A stretch of 62,662 nucleotides of DNA, filler included. It is 10 parts of 10 records of this genome, joined end to end, with 100 filler letters (N's around TTAATTAATTAA, not from the genome) between each part and the next. Parts side by side here need not be neighbours in the genome. Positions count along the whole stretch, not along the records: positions 1 to 3,530 come from SRR15195285_5375; positions 3,631 to 10,490 come from SRR15195285_5378; positions 10,591 to 14,353 come from SRR15195285_5384; 7 more parts are not named here. One strand, given 5' to 3'. The notes under the pieces are model-generated. The model searched no databases, was not told the origin of the DNA, and saw only the letters and a list, made by a program, of their open reading frames with translations. The translations under genes and the position numbers were made by a program. Positions 1 to 10,788 of the stretch are shown here, one piece after another; position 1 is the first letter of the stretch, and the number at the start of each line of letters is the position of its first letter.

Positions 1-200
1 ACCTGGGCACTGCAGTCTGATCGACGCGTATGGCGCATGTTCGTTGGCCCCCACACCGCGAAGTGGGCTTGAGGGGCGGCTAGGGGAGAGCTGTGGGGCT
101 AGCACTTAGAGGGACGGGCTAGGCGCCACCGTATTCGCACCAGTTCCTGTGGTGCGCGTGCGGCGGCGATTTAGCTCGGTGAAGTGGGCTGCGCTGCTCG

Positions 201-1767
201 ATGCTGCCATCCTGGAACAACACTCGCGCACGCTGCTCCCTGCTTTCAGCCCTGCTGCTCACAGCACACGGTGCGCACTTAACATTCGCCCACAGTCACC
301 GTGATGTGTGTTGACAATGCGTTCGTGGATGCGGACTGCTGTTAACCGCACTCCGACTTGACTGGTCCGTTGGTCTCACTGTCGGTCGTGCCAGTGAGCT
401 TCGCGGAGAACAGTGCGCAACCCCAGCTGTCCCAGTTGGAGGAAGAGCTAGCGGGCATGAAAGTGTCGGCGCTGAAACAGCGTGCGCGGGTGGACGGGGT
501 GGAGCAGAGTTTGATCGACGAGGCAGACGATGCTGAAAGCCCACGTGCTGCCCTGACTGCGCTGCTGCTGCAGCGCTTGCGCGAAGAGAGTGACGGTCCG
601 ACGACTCACGGGGCAGAGTCAGAGCCGCTCACTAGCGGCGCCGAACAGTATGACGTTTGGAAGGAATGGGACGGCATGTTCGGTGCCGACGACGGGATCG
701 AGAAGCTTGTCGCCAAAGATTTCAAGCCACCGGCCTTTTATTTGCGTGACTCGCCGGAGAATGTGTGGGTGGTGCTGTATTGCACGCCCAGCTCCCGAGG
801 TTGCGCGCGCACTGCCGACATGTACAAGCAACTTGCTGGACTGCTTCGGGCGGACCGCCGCGCGCGTGTCGGCTTGGTAAACCTGGGTGCTGATCTGAGG
901 CAGCCTGCACCAGAATTGACGGCTGCCACTGCGCTCGGGGCGCACCGCCCAGGTTCAATCCAGATCTTCCATTATACCCCCACAGACTACGCCGCAGGAG
1001 TGAGTGTGCCCATTTACCAAGGGCGTTACACAGCACCTGCCGTGTACCGAGAGGTGCGCAGGAGTCTGGGCGAGTCGATGTTTTGGGAAGACCTGATAGC
1101 ACTGCTGAGTCGTCCTGCGGTCGGCTTGGGCGGGGCGACACTGGTGCTGGCGTGGGTGCTATATCGTGGTGTTAGTTGGGCAGCAGCGAGCGCAGAATCT
1201 TTGGTACAAGAGAAGACTGCCCCGGAGACGGCGAAGCAGGTTCGTCTCTTGCCATCCTTGTGCGTGTACCGCGCAGTGCACTATCTGCAGGCCGTCTTTG
1301 CCCACTAATTAAACTTTCCGGTCAACAGCGCGCGGAAGTGTCAAGGATTGCAGCTGACACACTGGAGGCGCGCCGCAAGCGCCAGGCTGAGCTTACGTCG
1401 CAGAGAAAAGCGGCAGCGGCTGCGTTGCAGGCGGAGCGCACAGCGGCCATTGCTGCAAAGGAACAGAAGCAACGCCAGGCCGACGTCGAGGCGAGAAAGA
1501 TTGCTCAGGAGGAAGCGCAGGCGAAATTGGCAGAAGGTGGCGAACGATGGAAAGAGGTACAGTGTCGCACCACACTGTGAAAATAATGCTGTGGCCTGAC
1601 CACTGACATGTCAATTGGCTGAGTGTCGGCAGGCAGAGAAAGCAAAGCGCGCAAAACGCCTGGCGGATGCACAAGAGAAGCTTCGCAAAATGCGAGGAGA
1701 GCGGCCCGAGGATGCGCCGTTTGCACAAGCAGGACCGGGACAAACGCTCGGTGGACGCGAGGACTGA
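201..1767 (+). CDS. Signal peptide + SAP-like helical module + thioredoxin/PDI-like fold + TM + coiled-coil tail (probable ER membrane protein), 4 exons
   Basis: Exons 201-270, 395-1239, 1329-1556, 1633-1767 join in frame via GT-AG introns (271-394, 1240-1328, 1557-1632). N-terminus MLPSW...LLLTAHVSFA. 'VWVVLYCTPSSRGCARTADMY' and 'RVGLVN' resemble a PDI a-domain with SxxC in place of CxxC. TM 'GLGGATLVLAWVLY'. Confidence 0.65.
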
Positions 1768-1800
1768 GCAGCACTGTAAACTTGTGTCCAGCTGTTCATT

Positions 1801-2977
1801 TCAGTTCGGCACGTGCACCCACCTTCCACCACCACCACTCGCGGTACTCGCAGCTGCACCACCAGCAGTTGGAGCAGGACTAGGCGCGGGGGCCGAAGCA
1901 GGTGTGAGCCCTCGTTCCGCCCTGTCGAGCTTCTCGCCACCATGTTTCTTTTCCCGCTTCTTTCCGCTTTTCTCCTTGCCCCTCGCACCCTTGCTGTCCC
2001 GGTCTCGCTCCCGATCCTTTCCAGTGCTCCTTCGTCCACTCTTCTTCTCGGCTCCTGTGGCGTCAGGTACTGCAGCGTACGCAACCCCCTTGCTGCTGCC
2101 GGATCTGGAGCGGCGCTTTCCACCGGCCCTGGCAAATGCTACTCCATCCTCCACAAGCCCTCGCATCTCTGTCCAGAACGCTTGATGAGGCAGAAGGTCG
2201 GGGCCGCGAGAACCGAGTTTGTGGAACCGGTAGGCCCCCCCACCACCGAAGTACGCTCCAGCCGCGAGGAACGAGAACAGAAGAAACTGTGGCCCCCACT
2301 CCGACAGCATCGGACACCCGCTGGCTGGACAGCAGCGCACCGCGACCCCGAGGTGCTTGGGTGTGCCTGAGCACGGGTCGCCCTTACCGGCGCCGTCGTA
2401 CTCGTTCCCGTTGTTTGCCGGAAACGGCCCACACGCTGCCTTACCAAGACACGCCTTTTCCACGAAGTTCTGTGCGCTGGCACCACTGCAGCTGCCCTTC
2501 GTCCACGAGCAACTTGAGCACAAATCTGTGCTTACAAATCCTTTGCATGGGCACGCGCAGCCGCCCCCACCCATGCAGCCAGCTCCGTTGCAGTCTTCCT
2601 TGCTTGCTACACATTTGATGCCACCGTCGCACTCGGCTATCCAGTCGCCCCAGCTGGCAAAAATTACCTCGGCCACAGTCTCGCCAGGTGGACAGGCAAT
2701 ACTCACGTGTCCCCACCCGTCGGCATGCTGCGCAGCGAGGCCCGGTGGTTAGAGCTAGGTGGCGAAATACGTGTTGCAAGCGCACAAAGCACACGCATCG
2801 CAACGCGGACAGGCACAGCGCAGCTCAGCGCCGGGAGCGCCCGAAGAATCAGCGCACGTGATCCTCGCCGATCCCGCACGTGCCTGGCGCGGGTGGCGCC
2901 GGGTAGAACTCCGCATGCGCGACGGGCTGTCCCCACCCGCTGGCTAGCACGAGAAGAGGAGCGGTCAGCCGTAGCAT
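1801..2977 (-). CDS. Type I membrane protein: SUEL/rhamnose-binding (Gal_lectin) domain + TM with mannose-6-phosphate-receptor/ATG27-like juxtamembrane motif
   Basis: ATG 2977 (MLRLTAPLLVLASGWG), intron 2728-2857 with CTAAC branch point. SUEL signature 'IACPPGE..VIFASWG...VEKACLGKAAC...GDPCSGTPKHLGVAVRC'. TM followed by 'LLPHQAFWTEMRGLVEDGVAF'. Confidence 0.75.
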
Positions 2978-3271
2978 CTGCCGACGACGGCGGTGGAGAC
3001 ACACACGCACACCACTGATCTGAGAGTGACGCAGCCTGCCGAACGAACGCGCGATGGAATCCGCACGGAGTACACTGGGCGAATACAGCAGTACGTAGGT
3101 GTGCTACTCGATTTACTCTTGATCAACTCCCTCTGTACTGTACCCCGCGCGCGCACCGCGCTCCGCTACCGGGACCGCGCCCGGCGCGCGCCTAGGGCGC
3201 ACCGGCGCCATGCCACCCGGCGCGCGCACCGCGACCGTAGACCGTACCGCGTGCGCGCGCTCCGCGATCAC

Positions 3272-3320
3272 GGTACAGGGTACTGTACTACTAGTACTGT
3301 ACATATATACTATACTACTA
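3272..3320. promoter_or_regulatory. Palindrome-rich TAC/GTA island upstream of the SUEL-lectin gene
   Basis: ggtacagggtactgtactactagtactgtacatatatactatactacta next to a GCGC-rich tract. Same motif class recurs 5' of other genes. Confidence 0.35.
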
Positions 3321-3530
3321 TGACTCGCGTGAGGCTAGCGATTGAGACAGAAGCGGTTAGCCAAGGTAGCCAAGTCGTCATCTCCGAACTGGTTCGCGAG
3401 GCAGTTGATGGAGGCCAGGGTGGCCACCGCGCGGGGATGAATTTTGCGAGCTCAATTGCTGCCTTGGGCCCGAAGTTGCATTTCGAAGGGCCACCCCCCC
3501 ATACCTGCATACTCCCCAGGTACCCAGTGG

Positions 3531-3630
3531 NNNNNNNNNNNNNNNNNNNNNNNNNNNNNNNNNNNNNNNNNNNNTTAATTAATTAANNNNNNNNNNNNNN
3601 NNNNNNNNNNNNNNNNNNNNNNNNNNNNNN
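3531..3630. other. Artificial contig spacer
   Basis: N44-TTAATTAATTAA-N44 (stops in all six frames). Confidence 0.99.
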
Positions 3631-4012
3631 CGATTCACTCTAACCGGACTAATCCTGTCTCAACACCCTCAACAGTCACAGTCAGTCAGTCAGTCATGTG
3701 TAGATCTACCGGTACACGCTCCTCGACGACGGTCTCCGAGTCTGTGGCGGGTCAAGGAGGAGTGCCCAGTGTTGAGGGGACCACTTCAGCGCTCACACCA
3801 TCCCAGAGTGAACAGAACCGGAACGCTAATTTCAGTAGTGATGCGCGAAAAAACCTGCGATCTCGAGGCGGTCCCCTCGAGTTCTCTAGTGAGTTCTCCG
3901 CACTGTACAATTGACTGGGCGGCAGCGGTCCCGTACCTCTAGCTAGAGGTTGGGAAGAGTGGTCGGCCTGTTTTCACCACATAGAGTTGACTGGGGGGCG
4001 GACTGGGCGGGG

Positions 4013-5530
4013 ATGATGAGCGGTTGCTTTGTCTGGTTGTTGGGCGTGGTGGCGCTCGGGGGAGTGGTGCAGCTTGGTGCTGACGCTCAGCTGCAGTCGA
4101 ACGGCGTGGGGAAGGCGCAGGAGCTCTGTTCGAATGGGATGAAGAGCGTGTGCGACAGGCGGAGCCATGTGAACCACCAGCCGTCGGTGCTCCTAGACGT
4201 ACCGGATGGATGCGGCGGGGCGGTGGGTGCTAAGTTTGAGCTCATGCATCATCTCCCCGTGCAGTTTTGTGCCGCCTCTCGTGGTTGGTTTGTGGCGGTG
4301 GGACTCGTGTTTACGCGATGGGATATCGGAGTTTGGGGTGTAGACGAAATGCGATGAGCGCATCCACGGTAGAGCTTTGTGCAGTCGCTTGCATACTCAC
4401 GTGGTGCTTTTGTTGGGATGGGCAGGCGTCGGCGTGCCCGGTAGCGTTCTTTCTGCACGGGAGCGGCCCGAAGAATAAGCACGAGGGGAAGATGTTCCTG
4501 AACGGCCCGCACGCGGCGAGCTTTCTGGTGCGAATTTGATCAAGTCCACGGTGGGTACTTTTGCCAGCTCTTACGCTCGGCGTGTGTTGGTATTGAAATG
4601 TCGGTAGGTGCACAGCTACCATTTCATCGGGGTGTATCCGACCAGCGACTTCGGCTGGAACACCGACGGCGACCTGCAGGGAGACAAGTGTAGCTACAAG
4701 GACTACAACTGCACCAAGGATAACAACGACGTGCAGTTCATCTGGGACATCGCCAGTTACCTTAGCAGTAAGGGCTCGACCGGCCGTGTATACGCCTACG
4801 GTGCTACGGACGGCGCTGCGCTGGCGCAAAAGCTGGCGGCGAACTCCGGCAACGATGGTGGCACCTTGTCTGCACTGACCATCGCAGGCATTTGGGCGTC
4901 AGGAGGGCAACTGCTTAGCGCTCCCGAGCGCTCCGGGCCCCGTGGGCTGTACAACCAGCCGAGTACGGTCAAGCCCCGCAATACGTCACCTGTAGCGCAG
5001 GCTGCCTCGCATGGCGACGACGACCAGATGGTCCCGTACAAGGGAGGCAGGTCGCAGCTGCACAAGAACTGCCCAGAGTGCACGTTGATGTCTGAGGAGC
5101 AGAGCAACGCCGCGTGGGCCAAGCACAACGGTTGTGAGATGAGCGAAGGTGTCAGCAAACCTACTTGGCACGAGTGTACCTTCGGCACACCGAAGAACCA
5201 CACCAAGGGCTGGGCCGCGCGATACTTTTACCAGTGCCCGGAGACAGCCCCAGTGGAGTACTGGGAAATTCAGGGCGCGCCGCGCGGTGACGCCGAGACA
5301 TTTAGCGTCAACTTTAAGGACACGAACCACAGCAAGCTCGCCACGGTAGTCGAGTTCTTCAGCCGTGTTGAGAAGGCTTCAGCGCCCGTGCCGCCACCGC
5401 CGCCGCCAAGTATCGCCAAGCGGATCGAGGACTGGGCCCACGAGGAGTTGCCGTACTCAACGGTTACCATCGTCGCCGTTGTGGCTTGCTGTGTATGCAT
5501 GTGCATGGGTGCCGTGTGCAGCAAGGGGCG
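4013..5530 (+). CDS. Secreted/membrane-anchored alpha/beta-hydrolase of PHB-depolymerase/LpqC-LpqP type, apparently catalytically altered; 3' end may continue after an intron at 5531
   Basis: Exons 4013-4222, 4426-4527, 4608-5530 splice in frame. Signal peptide, 'VAFFLHGSG', 'DDVQF'-like 'NDVQFI', elbow 'YAYGATDGAALA', 'SHGDDDQMVPY', 'WAKHNGC', Pro linker, C-terminal TM. Confidence 0.7.
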
Positions 5531-6262
5531 GTGAGGATTAGCCGATGAGTGGAGAGAGTGCAGGCGTGACGAAGCTCACCTCGCTGTGTGACTCCATGTG
5601 AATGCACGTATGGCATGTTTACTTTTCAATCTACATGCTGCCCGTAGGACAGGACCATTTGTGGAACTGACTTTGGGGTTTCTGTTACAGTCTCTGGAAC
5701 CGCAAAGTATTAGTAGTCCCACAAATGGTCCCACCCTGCGTGGGCTCTAGATAGCATTAGCCTTAGTGGACGACAAATGATCATTTCTGCTGCTTGGCAT
5801 TTTCGAAATTTTCATGAGATTTACGTAGGAGGGCTGTACTACAATTTGCTTGTAGCGCGTCGAGCTGCCTTGACTGCCCTCCATACGCGTGAGAGCGTAG
5901 CAATCTCTCCTTAAGCTCACCCTTTGTCGCTGCCACTACGTCCGCTGCGCGCTGCATAAATGGTGAATCTGTTTTGAAAACAACCCCTCGCGAAAAAATC
6001 ATCTAAATTAGGGGGGGGACAGCAGGCAATACACGCTGACACCTAGTTTCGTCCCGGTGGCGTAAGCCGTGGGTGCGGAAATCTTGGTATAGGACATACT
6101 GGTGGCTGACGTGGTGTTAGTGACGGAGAGCTGCGTTTGTGAATCGCATCCAAAGGTTCACTGGGTTTCAGACGCACATGGAAAAATTCATTGAAAATGA
6201 AAATTGCCCCGGGATCGATCAAATCACATTGTACATACTTGATGCTACCTGAAGGTAGAGCG

Positions 6263-6311
6263 TCTAGTGTACACTACTACTAGTAGTAGATCTAGCTAGT
6301 ACCCAGGTACC
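6263..6311. promoter_or_regulatory. Palindromic CTAG/GTAC island upstream of amidohydrolase
   Basis: Perfect 16-bp palindrome CTACTACTAGTAGTAG (6274-6289) followed by AGATCT, CTAG, GGTACC and a GC-rich tract. Confidence 0.4.
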
Positions 6312-6454
6312 CGCTCTGGCCGCGGCGGGCCCTCCGGGCGGCGCGCGCGGCCGGCGGCGGCGCCCTGCACTGCCCACGCCGCGGGCGCGAGCACGCAGGT
6401 CGTCGTGCGGTGGCGGCCATCGCAGGCAACCACCGCGGCTGCGAACGAACTGTG

Positions 6455-7586
6455 ATGCTCCGCTCTGTGCTACAACATTTGCAGGGCCCCCGCAGTGATG
6501 TCGACTGCTGCGGCTGCTGCAGTGCAAGCCGTGCTACCAGCCCTAGCGCTGGGGCGGCTCCAGTTCTTGATGTATTCGACCCACACTTCCACCTATTTGA
6601 CCCGGACGCAGTGCACAGCGGAAATCGCAGCGATGGCTCGTCGTTCGTTGCATACTATCAACCAGACTACGAGGCGGACATGGCGCGGCTGCCCGACGAT
6701 TTTCGGCACGTGGGTGGGTGCTGGGTGGAAGCCATGTCTGTGTGCTTTGCTTTGCTAGACGCACCCGCGCTACAGCACCACTGCTTGATGGAGGCAGCGT
6801 TTGTAGCCGCTGAGCTGCACCGTTCTTCACAGAAGTATGTGCTGTGCGCCAGCGCTTGCCTCGAGGATCCAGCTGTCTCCGACACCCTGCGTCAGCTGGT
6901 CGACTCGCAGCCAGGGATGCGTGCTATTAGGCAGATTGCAAACGTGGACCCAGACTGGCCGCGGAACGGCCGACTTGGCGACCTTGTCCGGCAGGCACAG
7001 TGGCGTGCTGGCTACGCTCAGCTTGCACGATATGGCCTGGGGTTTGACCTGCAGTGCAATCCGTGGCAGTTGGAATCGTATGTTAGAGAAGTAGTTGCAC
7101 CAAACCCTTCAGTTCCGTGCGTGCTGAACCATCTTGGCCTCCCATTGCTTGGGGAGCTCTCGAACCCAGACCAAGCTGGCGTGTACTGGAGAGGAATGGA
7201 AGCGCTGGCCAGGTGCCCACACGGTGCGCCTCTGTCCCACACCCTCACCCGAAACGAGCTCCTAGAGAGCACTAGCTGCGGTGTTTGACCTCGATGCTGG
7301 ACTTGTGTGATTTGAGGCAGCCTTTGTTCAGATCTCTATGCTGTATTACATTGACCATGATTGGGACGAGAGTTCAAAGGTTGCTGAGACCGTCGTTCGA
7401 GTCATCAAACTGTTTGGAGCATGTCGATGCTTCTTTGCTAGCAATTATCCAGTAGACGTACAAAAGGGCTGGCCGGCACATCGCTTGTTCCCAGCGTTTC
7501 GGCGGCTGTGTGAGAAGGGCGGCATCAGCCATGAGGAGCAGAAGCAGCTATTTTCGAGCAGCGCGCGGCGTGCGTATCGTGCCTAG
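6455..7586 (+). CDS. Amidohydrolase_2 family (L-fuconolactonase-like TIM-barrel hydrolase)
   Basis: 'VFDPHFHLFD', 'GLGFDL', 'VLNHLGLP', 'RCFFASNYPVD'. Intron 7224-7320 joins ORF 6410-7288 to ORF 7338-7586 in frame. Confidence 0.85.
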
Positions 7587-7756
7587 CCTAGAAACCTGAC
7601 TGTTGGGTGAGCAAAACCTGACTGTTGATCCATGATGGTTCGCAGTTCTGCAACAGTACGATACTGCGTAATGTACCCGGTACGCGTCACAATGCGATAC
7701 GAGTGGCAGAAGTCCACAGCAACGCTAGTCGCGCTAGTCACTCCTTCGCCTTGCGG

Positions 7757-10179
7757 TCAAGCTCCAACGGATACTTGCGCTCTTGTGGGGGTGTCTGCCT
7801 CTTCGCTTCTCTTGTCGTTCTCGATCTCGAAAGTGCTGCTACTCGAGATCGGCTGTATCGGGATGAGAGCACGAGCAGTTGCTTCAGAAATGTCCTGGTC
7901 AGAGTCCAAGCGGCCGCATATTCCTGCCAAACGCTGCGTACTGCATTTGTACAGCGCGTCTCGTCGACCACGGAGGAAGGGTAGAAATGCCCAAACCAAT
8001 AGAGGCGAGCTCAACGATGTAAGCCAGACGATGCCCCTGTCAACATAATGCATTAGCAAGCAGCATCCACACATGCGTGAAAGCACTCGAGCGCATGGTG
8101 AATAATGTGGCGGCCAACCAGCAGCAGTGCAAAGGAGCAACAGTGCAAACAGTCACGATGTCACGCAGCGAAAACATCCCTCTAAGTCATCGCTTGCTCA
8201 CCACATTGTGCGAGCATCCCCAGTCCACCCTGGACACTCGCGGCATGTCTCAGGGCATATGGGCTTCGCAGTCTGATCAACCCCTTGGTCAGTCAATGAG
8301 GCAACAGCCCAGCCGTCAACTGGTTGCGGACAGAGCTCCCCGGACTGAGACGCGCAGCCGAATGCAGGGACAGTAGAAGACGCATTCTTAAGCACTTGGT
8401 CACAGAAGTGGCCGATCTCGTCTCGGCAGTCCTTGCAATTTCTGCATTCATGTCAGACCAACACCGATCATGATCAATCATGGGAGTGAACATCTAAATG
8501 AGCATGACTATCTGGTGGCATTTTTGAGCAACAATTCGAACTGAACACCAACACTGACGCCACTGATTAATTGGGAAAACGCACGGGACGAATCTCTGGT
8601 TCATATAGCCATTGAAGAGCTGTGAGGGCCACGAGATGAGCAGTGACTTGATGGAGCCAACGGCCACAAACACGCCCTCACGGCCGACGGGTGCGACTGA
8701 TGCCGCCCAAGCAGATTGTCTTGGTGACCAGGCAACCTCACCGACAGTCAATACTGCCAGCCAGAGCAGCGCACCCACTACAGTCGGAGAAAATGTTAGA
8801 AACATTGGCGCGAAGGCCATAACCCACATACCAGGAAGAATCACGACAAATGTTTCGTGTTTTCCAGTCAGTGCACCGACAATCGGCGGGAGTAGTAAAC
8901 AGCCCCACAAATTGAGCGAATGTATCGTGTATGCCGGAATGTCCTCGCCGTAGTACCGTTCCAGAAACGGTATGAGCATCGTGTCCATATCACCCCACTG
9001 CTTGGACACGAAAAACACTGAGAGCGAGAAGCACATCACCCTCCACAGCTGCCGCAGCCGCACGATTTCGACGAGGTTGTCCGCGAACCAGTTGAAAGCC
9101 GTGCGGACTGCAGCCAGTAGCCCCTGATCACGAGTAATTTCAGCTAGCTTCCCACCTGTATCGTCGGAGCGCAATGGTGTATGAACGATTCGATATCGCG
9201 CCGTCGCCTGCTTGCGTTTCTGCATCAGGTTAACCCAGCATCCACTGCGTTTGCTCCCGTCCGGCGGCGAGCCAGCTGGCACACGAGATGTTTCTTTCCC
9301 ATCAGCGTCCGCATGATCGAGCGGCAACCCGTGGATATCGAGCTCCGGCAGCTGCACTCCGCCCTCTACAAGCTCCGGATCATCTGGATCAACGACCGTG
9401 TAGTCGTGGACCAAGAGTACAACAACAAGAAGAGCAGCAATCACCGCTAGCCATGTCGTGAAGATGAAGACTCGCAAGCCACTGAATTTCATACCCCACA
9501 GTATAATATCGTCGCGCATGCGTAAATAATCGATTGCATAATCGCAGAGCGCGCCGCTGAAGTTAAAGGATGCATACTGCACTGCGAAAGCGAGTGGGCG
9601 AAGTCGTGGTGGTGTGAGCTTTTTCAACGCAACCGTGTAGATTCCGGTGCCTAGCACCGCCTCGCCGAAGGGCGAGAAAGTCAGGGATGTGATCCACAAC
9701 GCGGTCGAGCTGCGCCCAAGGACAAAAAATAGCCGGCCTATCGATGCCATACACAACGCCATCAATGCTGTTTTGCGCACACCAATTGCGTCGGTGAGCA
9801 AGCTGCCGGTTATGCCAAAGACAATGTCCATCGTGCTTTTCACGCCGAGAAGGGAGCCGGTCTCGACGTCTGTCATGTCGAACTCGTTCGAAATGTATTG
9901 GTATTGGACAAAGCGCAGGCCGAAGTTGCGGTAGGAGTTGAGAAATTCGAGGAAGAAAATGATGAACACCTGAGACGGCAGCGCGAGAAAATCTGCCACG
10001 TAGCTCGCCGCACCGCTGCCCGTAGACGCGCTGGGCTGCGGCTGGGTCTTCGTCCCAGCCTGCTGACTGGCCGCGGCCTGCGCGGGGTCCGCGCCGCTCT
10101 CGTCATCGCGAGTGAGCGGTGATTCCTCCGTGTCTGACTCGGATTCGGACTGTGTCGCTACCAATGGGGTTTGACTCAT
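7757..10179 (-). CDS. MFS transporter, POT/PTR-like, with Cys-rich exon before last TM
   Basis: Multiple TM helices, 'FLEFLNSYRNFGLR', 'GSLLTDAIGVRKT', 'LTVGEVAWSPR..APVGREG'. Introns 8442-8584 and 8037-8201 give in-frame exons ending at stop 7757. Confidence 0.8.
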
Positions 10180-10490
10180 TGTCTTTCGCGCGTAGCCAGC
10201 ACGCTGAGTTCTGAGTCGCGCGCAGTGATGCCCCACCTCAGCACTACACGTTCTCGGACGTGCACATTATCGTGTAGCCCGCGCCCAGGCTGCTCTGCTC
10301 AGCTCGTCGGCGCACTGCCCCGTGAACCAACAGCGCACCGAGCACAGCAAGGCCGCCGGCCAGGGGAAGAGCACCAGCGGATCCGATTCCGTCCAGACAG
10401 CCCACCATCAAATGCATCCGATCGGTCGGCGACGATCAGCCAGCGACGACGCGGCGCTCGCGCCAGCGCGCGCGCTCGCGCGAGCCGCCG

Positions 10491-10590
10491 NNNNNNNNNN
10501 NNNNNNNNNNNNNNNNNNNNNNNNNNNNNNNNNNTTAATTAATTAANNNNNNNNNNNNNNNNNNNNNNNNNNNNNNNNNNNNNNNNNNNN
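10491..10590. other. Artificial contig spacer
   Basis: N44-TTAATTAATTAA-N44. Confidence 0.99.
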
Positions 10591-10788
10591 CGCCGCAGAG
10601 ACGGAAGGGACGGATCGACTCGGGCGGCGGACCATCGGGAAGATCCGGGCGGGAGACGACGACCCCGGCAGTCGCCCAGATTCGTGATCCTCTGCATCAC
10701 CAGGTCAGGGTGCGCGGCCAACGACGGCTCCTGAGCCCACCAAGTTGGCTGGCGGTGGGCTCCTCCTCTGGGGTTCGACCTCCTGCCG

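Noticed and set aside
1765-1779. UGA as selenocysteine in the SelS-like protein
   Set aside because: Context (GGRED-UGA-AAL) lacks a SelS-type terminal motif and no SECIS was recognised downstream.
5781-6002. 73-aa minus-strand ORF
   Set aside because: No motif or splice support, in AT-richer intergenic DNA.
6455-6481. PTS2 peroxisomal signal MLRSVLQHL
   Set aside because: Fits x-L-x5-H-L but lacks the required R/K at position 1.
7592-7627. 14-bp direct repeat AAACCTGACTGTTG as target-site duplication
   Set aside because: Only 8 bp between copies and no element, so a simple local duplication in a 3' UTR.
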